64,000 nt of DNA from Veleropilina oligotropha (Eukaryota). The notes below the pieces were generated by a model. It ran no database searches. It saw only the letters and a program-made list of their open reading frames with translations, and was not told the origin of the DNA. Shown in pieces: positions 14,384 through 25,865 of this stretch (positions are counted from its first letter, which is position 1; every line of letters starts with the position of its first letter). The position numbers and the translations under genes were made by a program. Location: contig JBEUKZ010000066.1 of NCBI GenBank assembly GCA_048128005.1, forward strand, positions 1 through 64,000, read 5' to 3'.

Positions 14384-15187
14384 GCTTGAATAAATCAATT
14401 CGCGGTAAGGGATCAAAGAGGCATGTTTCGTTATATAACATACATTTACATGCATTCTATATTCAGTTTTGCAAATTTTTTTCGTGATGAACGGTTCTTC
14501 AGTTTAAAATTGAAGGCAAACCAACATATCAAGGCAAACATGAAAACATGATCTCATCTGAACAACATCGCGTGACAATTAATAAACATTACATTTGATA
14601 GTTGGATCATAGAATCGTATGACATCAGTGATATATTGGATTTGAGAGTACAGAATCACATAGCAAGATTTAGAATGATGTTTAACAATATAAGTTGTCG
14701 ATTAACGTCGAGGTCAACACGGTGCATTGAATATCGCATGAAGTTGAACAACAAGGTGCTTGCCGAGTTGTGTAACGTTATAAGGTATTCAATGCGCCGT
14801 GTTTACCAATACGTTGCTCGATAACGTATTTATCTTGCTGTCACAATGCTAAACTTATAAACAAACTCCGGACTTGGCTCATAACACTGTTGTTATATAT
14901 ATACATTCAAAATGGCAGACGATGACTTCAATAATGCCTACTTAAGGTTTTCCAAATGAGAACATTAGTTTTATATTTACATGCGACGTATGACGTCAGC
15001 CGTGGTATACGCTATCGTATACCACGCCTGGGTGGGGTATATCACCAGTTAATAAAACGATGTCAGCATCAAATCAGATGAGGGGATTCGCAGCCAAAGC
15101 TAGATAATTCAATATATCGGCAACTTATAATACCCGGGGAGCCAAGGGGGTTAGGTGGACACCGTCTGCTGTAAAAGGCTGGTGTCA

Positions 15188-15253
15188 TTTTTTATGTCTT
15201 GACCTTTTTGTAAAAAAGGACAAGACATTATCAAATGGTCCGTGTGTATATAC

Positions 15254-15289
<36 letters not shown>

Positions 15290-15640
15290 GTCGATTTATT
15301 TGAAAACTACCGGTTCAATTTTCACCAAAATTGGTACACACATTCCCAAGAGTATTTGTAGGTCGTGTATATAACTTTCGCGACACAATTTTGCAAAAAT
15401 ATGCATTTATTGAGCACTTTAATCCATATTCGTATGTAACTGATGTCTAATATTGCAAGCAAATAGCAATGACGTCATTATGACGTCGCTTTAGATTAAT
15501 CGTCATTTGGTGACGTCACATTCGACGGGGTAGTAAATTAAGCCATGCAGTACTTGCACTTAGCCATTGTATTCACTGTTATGAAAATTAGAGGGAAATA
15601 AAGAAAGGTCAAGACATATTTCGAACGCGTCGTTCTTGTT
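15188..15640 (+). mobile_element. HINE/DINE-1-like non-autonomous Helentron element
   Basis: 5' T-run plus subTIR tgtcttgaccttt with adjacent inverted copy, (TA)n microsatellite, 3' subTIR aaaggtcaagaca, terminal hairpin gaacgcgtcgttc then TT. Confidence 0.75.
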
Positions 15641-16250
15641 CATTTATATAGCCCCCATGGAATAATTATAGGTTGGCCAGCTTTCTGGGAAATCCACAGG
15701 GACTATTTTATTGGCTGATTTATTATTTTACCCCAGCTGTAAAAAATGGCACCAGTCAAACGGGAGTGTACGAGCAATAATAGGATAATTTCATTAAACG
15801 AATGTTATAAACAATGGACATCATGCTTATTATTATTAAGGACACATATAATTATCAAATGAAGCATTGCATTTCAATACATATTATAAAATAATTACGT
15901 ACACACCATAATTGACTATAACTGAATTTAACATAATTGAATAACAGTATTCAGAGCATGCATTATTAAGCCAAAATTGGTGACAGCAATACATATTGAT
16001 AGGACTGCGTATTTTTGTCCACTCCCAATGACCAAAAGGCTAGCGCATGGTATTAGTTATAACGTCATGTTTATTACATTGCAGGTCAATAAAATGAATC
16101 CGTTGATCTGGAAGTCAATATATCGAATCTGGTGACGTGTTCAGCTTTCATAGGGTAATAGTACATCTTCTTTGATCTGTGCTAAACATACCAATACTGC
16201 CTGATTATTCTTGTGTACAGTAAACATGATTGGATTAGAGAATAGTTAAA

Positions 16251-16760
16251 GTCATCATCATGTCGGAGAAAATGGCAGGTTTCCAAGCACCGCTGGGGGC
16301 GCCCTTGTCCTTCATATGGCTCCTCTCCATCTGGCTCTGTCCTGTGCATCACTCTGGATAACTCACATCCGCCGCATGTCAATGGACACAGCACGCTGCT
16401 ACGATTTCCTGGGTTATCTGGCAGGAGTTCGCCCATTTACAACGAACCTGGTGCAGCCATGCACCCAATCGGCATCGTCCTTCCGCTCCACATATCCAGA
16501 CTATCTGCGTCTGCTCCTCCTCACTATGCCACCAACCGCCTCCGCCCCCAGCCTCTTCTCAACCCCTCACTCGTCAATCTGTCCCACAGAGACACGCCAC
16601 TCCTCTGCATCCTCCTTCAGTGGAACATCTCTCCTGCACAGGAACGCCACACTCCCTGCTTGCATCTCACTACACCCATTGTGGGCTCACTTTCCGTATG
16701 TCGTCCACTTTAGCGAGTTGACGGCTACCCCTTTGCACACATTCCACATGGTATGCACCA
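16251..16760 (-). pseudogene. Decayed 3' end of an RTE-type LINE
   Basis: Minus strand reads relic GVSLWDR...VRRSR.R..G.VERKDDADWV; (TGA)n-like tail near 16252; boundaries approximate. Confidence 0.6.
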
Positions 16761-16859
16761 GACCCCGATACCACTCCGCTGGAATAACAGCGGAGTATTA
16801 TCGGAGTCCGGAGCATGGCCATGTGACGCAATAAAGTTATATAGCAATAAAGTTTTTGA

Positions 16860-18655
16860 CACTTTAATTGGCTTAGACATCAGTCACACTGGCTACAGCG
16901 TTCATTATGAAACAACTGACGGGTCTTGACGGCAAGAAATCGACTGGGCTTGATGGCTTGTCGGCCAAATTCCTCAAGATGTCCGCGGAAATTATCGCCC
17001 CTTCGTTAATGCACATCCTGAACACTTGTGTAGAGTCATGTACTTTTCCTGACAGCTGGAAAACAGCGAAAGTCGTGCCTATACATAAAAAAGGTCCACT
17101 ATCTGATCCGAACAATTATCGACCAGTGTCTATTCTGCCAACTATTTTCAAAATTCTCGAACGCCATGTCCATGAACACTTTATAGTATACCTAGAAAGC
17201 AATAATCTGGTATACGGAAAACAGTCTGGATTCAGGGCATTGCACTCATGTCAGATTGCTTTAACCTCTTTATTAGACTCCTGGACAAGTGAAATAGACA
17301 ATGGGAATATGGTCGGCTCCATATTTTTGGATTTACGCAAGGCTTTTGACCTGGTAAATCATGACATTCTAATGAAAAAGCTCGATATATATGGACTTTC
17401 ACCTTCTGCTTTTAAATTTTTTCAATCATATTTATGTAACAGAAAACAATGTGTATTCTTTAACGGTAGCCTGTCTAGTAATACTAACGTGAATGTCGGT
17501 GTACCACAAGGGTCAATCTTGGGGCCTTTGCTATTTTTGCTATATATAAATGATATGCCTCTCCACGCAAGTCATTCACAAGCTGATATTTTTTCCGATG
17601 ACACGTCAATACATGCTACGGGTAAGACAATTCCCGAAATTGAACGAGGATATGGTATACATCAATAATTGGTGCACTAACAACAAAATGTGTACTAACA
17701 CTGATAAAACAAAATGTATGCTCGTAACAACAAATCAAAAGCGATGTCATCTAGCAAAGTCTCATATAGATGTATCAATCAGCGGAGACAAAATAGAACA
17801 TGTTACTAGTCATAAAGTTCTAGGTGTTGTACTACAAAATGATCTATCATGGGAATCTCACATAGACATGATTGTAAAGAACATAAAGCCAAAGTTATAC
17901 CTTTTATCTATAATTAAGCACTTTTTACCACTACACGCTAGAAAACAATTTTATGTCTTTTATTTTACCGCACATTGATCATTGTTTGTCTGTTTGGGGA
18001 GCGAGATCTCCCTGCCAGATTAATAGACTTGAATGCCTACAAAAGCTAGCTATGCGCTTGATTTTAAATGATTATTCTGAACTGAGCTCGGACGAACTGT
18101 ACAAAAAATGAACTGGTTCCCGCTATCTTTTAGATTGAAGTATGTTACTGTTTTAATGGTGTATACATGTTTAATGGTTTTGCTCCCTCTTATTTGTCTG
18201 ATATATTCACCTTTTACAAACCTGGTCGAAATTTAAGATCAAGTACAAAAAGCATGCTACAAATACCATTCGCCAGAACTGAGCTGTTTAAGAAATCATT
18301 TAGAATTTACGGAGCATCCCTTTTTAATGAATTACCTAGTAGTATTCAATCATCCAGTTCCGTCAGTGGTTTTAAAAAAAGTTGCATGGATTATTACAGA
18401 AATTGTTTTTTAATCAAAAAGTAATTTTATCCCTCTTTTAACAGTGTACGATATTTTACGTATCAACAAACTCTTATACTCTTTTACTGTTCTGTTTAAC
18501 TTAAATATACTTTTACTTTGTTTATAATTTTGCATAATCTGTTTTTTATTTTATTTTATGTACCTTGTAGCCATCCTGTTATTGCATTCGACCCCCATGA
18601 AAATAGGCTAGACCTATGGGGTTATCGAAATTAAATAAAGATTATTTATTTATTT
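16860..18655 (+). mobile_element. 5'-truncated CR1/L2-group LINE with frameshifted reverse transcriptase (ORF pieces 16907-17668, 17550-17978, 18167-18424)
   Basis: RT motifs NYRPVSILP, FLDLRKAFDLVNH, GVPQGSILGPLLFLLYINDM, FSDDT; 3' aataaa followed by (ttta)n tail. Confidence 0.92.
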
Positions 18656-21414
18656 TGATAAATATGCGCACGGCCTGTTATCATGGGTAAATCCATTGTT
18701 AAGGGGTTACAGCATGCCATTTACAATTGATTTTCATGGCATTTATGACAAATAGTAGCCTGCCACCCCAAGGCGATATCGGTCTTAATGTCTCTTGCTT
18801 CGCTCGAGCCATAAACACCGATATCGCCCAGCGTGGCAGGTTATTATTTATTACATACACTGATGATACTCTGCTACGCCTCGATCTAATAGTGATATCA
18901 CACCTCGACCATCAGTGTATTATTTAATATATATCACCACATGTCGTCATTATTGGCTGTAGTTCCATTTTTTGCCAACTTTCCATTTGAATATAGAATA
19001 GCATTCCTTTTTTATTGCGATGTGTGGTTATTTGGTGAACATGCTGAGGAAATTCATCATCGGTTAATCCTTCCAGAAACTTCTGTATTCGAATACTTGC
19101 CAATGTGTAATATTTACACCCTTCACGAGCTTTTAATGATAACCAATGCCAGACTAGATTTCACTAGTTCTTCAGAATGTTCGGATTGGTCATCATCAAG
19201 GTACTGCGAATATTTTATTGTATCTTCTTCTGTGACATGTAAGAGTGCATGGGCAGAAGCGAACGGTACTTCTCTGGTCCAATAGCAGATATTATTTGAT
19301 ATAGTAATACTAATAGAAAGTTGTACGTTAGATATATTGAACCATGATGGTATATGTGTCTAATTGTCATTATAATATGATAGCTTTTTTCGTTTTCCGA
19401 ACGGGTGACACGAATTGGGGGGGAGGAGGGGTATTAATGGGTGTATTACTCCTTTAAAAGTTGGGATAATGTTCCCTTGCATTCATCAGACTTAAGAGAT
19501 AATATTGTAGTAAGCGCAGTAAATAAACTTCTGCAATGCGTTTACAGTGCTGTTGGTTGGAGATACCATATAACCTGAAAATGGGTGCGCCTGCTTTGTT
19601 TCCAATGCTCTGGCCTTTAATTCTCTGACTGAATTTGAAAGTTGGTTTGTGATCGTATCTGGCAAAACAAAAATGCTTCTGATGTTAGGTTTGAAACGAT
19701 ACTAAATATCTTATTTCTTAGTCTAAACAGATGTACATTATTACGAAGCAATATGGTGAAATGCACCATTTTCGTGTATTTTGGCAGCCATTTTGATTTC
19801 TGGTAGCCATGTTGGATTTTTCGTTTTAATAAAAATGCTTGCAGAGTTAGTAGTGTACACAAGTTAAGCTTATTTTATAAGCAAAAACGTAAATAACCGC
19901 ACATTATTGTTAACAAATATAGTAAAATACCATATATCAAGTAATTAATATGGTGCAATACACCATTGTCATGTATTATGGAAAATCATTTTGCTGTTTT
20001 GGCAGCCATGTTGGATTTTTTTGTTTGGATAAAGCTTACAGAGTTGGTAGTGTAGATTAAACCTTATTTTAAAAGGAAAAAATTATTCACTGTGCATTAT
20101 TGTTAACAAATATAGTTAATTATTCCATTTCTGGTGGATTGGACGGCCATCTTGGATTTTTGGGCGCCATATTTGATTTTCAGACGGAGGCACATGTCCA
20201 CTTTTTATCTACTCTTCCTGACTTACATTTCTGCCAAATTAGGTGCTTTTACCATAAAACCCACAATTGTTTCACCATTCTGCTGCACTAATAAGACAAA
20301 GCCTATCATTTTTGGGTGAAATTACAGAGTTGGGGTAAGATCATAAATCACTTCAAAAAAGAGTCCCTGTGGATTTTCCAGAAGGCTGGCCAACCTAAAT
20401 GTGTTCCAGGAGGTCCCTATTGATGAAAAATATCCACCATCCTTTTACAGCAGACGGTGTCACCTCCCCTATAAAATGTGGTCTTGTCCCCCGGGGTATA
20501 ATGTAATGTATATATGTAACCTCCTGAAGAAGGATGGGATGGGGAAAAATAAATGCCCATAGATGCAATTTCCTGAATTTTGAGGGTCAAGTCTTGCATA
20601 GACTATATCGCTACATGGCAACTGTGACTTGACATAATGTAATATGGCTTTAGAAATTGCCTGGCTAATATCCTTGAATTTCACGTGACACTGGTCAGTT
20701 TTATACCTATGTAGACCTCGGCTGTTTTGAATATTTATGAAGACACATTAAGCAGTAATATTGAAAGTGGTGAACTTTCAGTACTGAAATTTGAAATATT
20801 GTGACACCAATTTGACATTCACAACAGCACCAGTAATCTGATAGCTTTGTGCATTGAAATTAATGTTTTAATTGTTTTAATGAATCTTGGTCATGACGTC
20901 AAATAAAAATTGCCTGTTTGACATTCATTTCTACCTTCACCTGCTCTGGTGACAGACAGCCCATGGCATGTGTAGAAGAAGATAATGGGACACAAGAATG
21001 GGCTTCGAGACGAATGCTGGGTCCACATCTTTTTGGTTCGGTATAAATCAGTATGCACTGGCATTTTTCACCACGTAGCGTTTGATGGCTTGTGAATACC
21101 TTGGTTACCTTTGAGAGATCAGGTAAAAGGATATTCGTGGCTTATATTGCGCATGCTTCTGGATGCAGCGGTTCTGGTTTCATCTCTAGTCGATGAGATT
21201 TCTCTCTGGCAAGATATACTAACAGTTTATTGTGATTTAAGTTGGTATCTGAATGATTGACAACGAAATAACACGTGTAACTACGTTATCGATAGCCATC
21301 GTTCACCGCGTGTATTAATTGAACTGTTCTGAGAGGGGGTCGGGGGTGAGATAGAGTGTCGAGTGAAATGAACTCAAGCCTTGGAGGTATGTAAGTGAGA
21401 AATAATGTAAACAT

Positions 21415-22565
21415 GTTTATTATATAAATGGTGCTGTTATTCGTTAAATAATGACATAAATATAATCGGTAATTCACTCAACTAAAGTGACGTCATAAAG
21501 TGACGTCATAAAGTGACGTCATAAAAACGTTGTCCATGGCGACGTCATCCATGGCGACGTTATCATGGCGAACTACATTTCAACATTACAACGTCAACAC
21601 CGAAGGCGTTCGTTCTTCCACAAAACTAAGCATGGCTATATAATGAAAACAGTATTTAATTGATAACTAACCCATTTATATAATAAATAGAGCATTCTAT
21701 GTTATACCATCAAATACCCTCTATTTATTATATAAATGGTGCTGTTATTCGTTAAATAATGGCATAAATATAATCGGTAATTCACTCAACTATATTTTCA
21801 CTCACTTGAGTGAAAATATTTTCCATATTTCACTCTCGTGAGTGAAAATATCAAAAACGCGTCATAAAGTGACGTCATAAAAACGTTGTCCATGGCGACG
21901 TCATCCATGGCGACGTTATAATGGCGAACTACATTTCAACATTACAACGTCAACACCGAAGGCGTTCGTTCTTCCACAAAACTAAGCATGGCTATATAAT
22001 GAAAACAGTATTTAATTGATAACTAACCCATTTATATAATAAATAGAGCATTCTATGTTATACCATCAAATACCCTCTATTTATTATATAAATGGTGCTG
22101 TTATTCGTTAAATAATGACATAAATATAATCGGTAATTCACTCAACTATATTTTCACTCACGTGAGTGAAAATATTTTCCATATGTCACTCTCGTGAGTG
22201 AAAATATCAAAAACGCGTCATAAAGTGACGTCATAAAAACGTTGTCCGTGGCGACGTCGTCCATGGCGACGTTGTGGTGGCGAACTACATTTCAACATTA
22301 CAACGTCAACAGCGAAGGCATTTGTTCTACCACAAAAATATGCATGGCTATGCAATAGAAACAGTATTTAATTGATAACTAACCCATTTATGTAATAAAT
22401 AGAACATTCAATGTTATGTCAGAAGTGTTAAATATATTTTGTCTCGAACTATATCCTAGCCGATTCACTCAAGGCGTCCGGCCCTTCGTGAATCCGCTAG
22501 GATATATTTCACTCGACAAAATATATTTAATATTTCTTACATACCATCAAATACCCTCTATATAT
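21415..22565. repeat. Three tandem copies of a ~310-356-bp unit ending in a long imperfect hairpin
   Basis: tatataaatggtgctgttattcgttaaataat recurs at ~21421, ~21729, ~22085; taccatcaaataccctctat at ~21705, ~22061, ~22542; hairpin ~22425-22535. Confidence 0.85.
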
Positions 22566-23376
22566 ATCAATGTGAAATCGCAGAAGAATTCATAATGCTT
22601 CCAATGTGGATCAAAACACTAAAACTCGTCCCTTCACGTTGTAAATGCAAAGATAAATGAAAAAATTGTTCAAGGACGGACCATTGGACGTATGACATGG
22701 TGTTTTAAAATAAAGTGTGGACGCGGACACCCCTTTACTAATCCTGGACCCACCTACGATTATAATGTTTCGTATGGAGACCTTTTGCAACTGTGAAGTA
22801 CGTAGTATTTGGCCAGATATATAAACTGCTTTAGACATGGTTTCAAACCAGAATCGCTTCTTCATTATCAGTTCATTGCGGATGGATACGACAACCTCTA
22901 CCACACATTAAATTATTCACAAAGCAACCACTTTAGGGTGCCACTTCATGATCTGGAGCACTTAGGTACATTCGGCTCTGTTGAGTTCACATCCAACATT
23001 ATGAAGCATTCACAAACATGACATATTTAGATATACATAATGCATATGTAATCTACTGGGTCATTATATTGTATGTATTGTATGACAAGTGCACAAAGAG
23101 GCAGTTCGACACATTGAAGTGTAATACATAATTTATATGTTGATAATTAACTTTGAGCAATCTGTCGACAAGTTTCATATTAAGGTTAACAGAACCTGAT
23201 ACAGTATGCCAAATAAAGCATGCTTGAAGGAACAAAAATTAACGATGTTTGAACAGAAACCTATGACATTTTAACAAATTAGATGGTCGTATTAATTGAG
23301 ACATGTCCAAATTTATCGTGGTATGAATGCCAGAATTATTATGTGCCACACTTGTTCCGGACAGTTGTCTTTTAAG

Positions 23377-24950
23377 ACCGTTTACACTACCAAATATAAA
23401 CTGAATTAAAATAAACCGGTTTCGAACCAGTTTAAAATAATCCGGTTTAATATATTATTTCTGTGGGTCACCTTATAATCGTAGGTCGGCTCAATAGGTC
23501 AAAGTCACGTCCGCAAGTGTGTATCGATAGAAGCATGTGCATTCGTATATGACTAAAAGCGAGGCAAACCAATTCGAAGTCGATTTCAAATACGTATATA
23601 AGCCGGTATCAAACCACATCATGAGGTGGATTATTTTAAGCCGGTTCAAGTAGAATTATTTGGGGCGGATACAGGATTTCTGAGTCTACCCCCGAAATTT
23701 TTTCGCTATAAAAGGTCTTAGATGCGTTCTCCTGCACTCTAGCATTTATATTGACCACTTTAATTATCTTAAAATTAGACTTTAATGGACAGAAAATTAC
23801 GATAAAAGCCAATAATTTTAGAATGGCTGCAGGAATACTCTTCATTGATGTAATTAAAGTTTGCGTCGAAACTGGCATAAATTACCGTGCTAATCAGGCG
23901 CGGATCCAGGGGGGGGTCGAAGGGGTCCGGACCCCCCCCTGCTCAGGTGACCGACGATTTTTCTAACATTGCATATGATCGTAATTTTCGCTTGAGGGGT
24001 CAAAAACATATAATTTTAAACCCAGAGTGCAGGAGAAGCCGTTTAGCAACCCTAAATTACCAAAATGTTTCTGCCGCGTGGGGCCCCCTCCCCACACGGC
24101 CCGTTCATAGTATCCTCGCGACAGACTGGACCCCCCTCTGCTTAAATTCCTGGATCCGCCCCTGTGCTTTTATGGCGCTTTATTCTAAAATTTGAATTAT
24201 ATAATACATTATAAATTTATATCGTTAATTCCACACAAAAATGAATGCAAATACGATGTTTTACCTACATTAAGAAACATACATTTCGCCATGTATGTAA
24301 GGGCAAAAGGTTGAATCTGACATTAATGATTAATGATGTGAAATCCCATCTCCTGCAGTATGACAGTGGAAATACGACGTTTTTTACGAACATTTATGAA
24401 CATTTGCGCCACTATGTATAAGAAATATGTTGCAAATTGAAGAAAAATGCCTCTTTCAGCATTCTTAGAGTGCAAATACAATGTTTATCATCGTTATGTA
24501 TTAGTGAATGATGATAAATCGAGGTTGCAAATTGCTCGGCAGTTGAGTATAAAACTTTCGTTGTGGTCATAAGGGTTTGTCGATTCGCGAGTCGGAAAAA
24601 AGCGCAAGAAATTTAAATCCTTGACAAAATAGCGAGTAACGGTACGGAAATTCAAGCATTATCGATTCGGATTTCGAAGACTATCGGACTTGTTAAAAAT
24701 CGGTGACATTTTTTGTAAATACTAATTTGCATATTAAAAATATCAAGTTTATATACAAAATAGGTATTGGGTTTTATCAAAAGTATTATAGTGCAGCATT
24801 TTTATACAGAAATGCAAATTCAACAGATTTGATTCCTATGGCAAAAGGGGGGGCCGGAGCCGGGTCGGCCCCCCCCCCTAAATCCGCCCCTGTAATGCGC
24901 ATTAAATTAAACCGGTTTCGAACCGGCTTATATTTGGTAGTGTTAAAGGA
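23377..24950. mobile_element. Degenerate MITE (PIF/Harbinger-like ends) containing nested GGCGGATCC-type MITEs
   Basis: acactaccaaatataa (~23384) is inverted against ttatatttggtagtgt (~24928); aaaccggtttcgaacc at both ends; TSD not clear. Confidence 0.55.
23895..24164. mobile_element. Short MITE with CAGG..CGGATCCAGG termini (hAT-like)
   Basis: caggcgcggatccagg / cctggatccgcccctg inverted ends; no clean TSD. Confidence 0.6.
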
Positions 24951-25284
24951 GTTGTGAACACATAATATATTCTGGCTGATAATAATGCTATCGTATATTT
25001 ATTTATTCTCTTATTAGTAGCACCATGATTTAGATTATCAAAACATGGATACAAAAGATCCTTAGCAAGTTACCCCAAAATTTCCCGAACACTTATTAGG
25101 TGACGACATACTAGACCCACGAGTCCCAATGCTATTGTTCCTGTTGAGTAACCAGTTTGCGGACAATGATGTTGCCATCAAATTGAAAAGATTCCGAGTG
25201 GCCTGTTCATTGTGACGTCGAATTCGACCCCTGACCTGAAAATATGACTATACTTGAGCTGATTGATTTCGCCAGGTCAGCTTA

Positions 25285-25477
25285 AGCAGCAGGGGGGGTG
25301 ATTGGACTTTTTAGAATGGGAAAATAAGGCTCCCAGCACCATTTCAGAACTGAGCTGGTATTACTGTGGAGGGCTAGGGAGTTAGACTAGGGGCGCGGCG
25401 AGGGAAATTAAGGCTCCCAGCACCCTTTCCAGACCCCAGGGTAGGGATTGTATTACAAAAAGTTACCGTGTGTACAG
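25285..25477 (+). repeat. Left terminal inverted repeat
   Basis: Reverse complement of 40331-40525 apart from G-run length (7 vs 10), a 1-nt indel and a short mismatch patch; begins agcagcag. Confidence 0.97.
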
Positions 25478-25574
25478 CGACATAGAGCCCGTAGGGACGG
25501 CCCACAACCCTCGCCGGCCCGGGCTCTCTTTTAGACATACCCATCGGACGGGTATATCCAATGCAAAGGATACG

Positions 25575-25850
25575 ATGTGGGGAACGGACACCTGTCAATG
25601 GCTCACCATCAGCTCCACGGAGCTATGTGGTAAGAGATGTCTGAGCGAGTATTGCAAAGTCCACCTGGCTCGGCTACGGCGAAATGGCTGGGGCACAAAG
25701 CCCTGCATCAAATGCGGCAAAGGCGTCTTTAACCGGTTTACGTTGTGCCGGGGTTGTGGGTATCGGAATGAAGACGTTAAGGACTGGCAACGAAAGAAAA
25801 GGGCCTTCCAGAGAGAGTTTCGCCGCATGGCTGCAATCTACCACACGTAA
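25575..25850 (+). CDS. Small basic Cys-rich (zinc-finger-like) viral protein
   Basis: First ATG at 25575; C-x10-C...C-x2-H and CxxC...CxxC patterns; Arg/Lys-rich tail. Confidence 0.65.
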   Translation: MWGTDTCQWLTISSTELCGKRCLSEYCKVHLARLRRNGWGTKPCIKCGKGVFNRFTLCRGCGYRNEDVKDWQRKKRAFQREFRRMAAIYHT

Positions 25851-25865
25851 TTTCCTATTAGAGAA

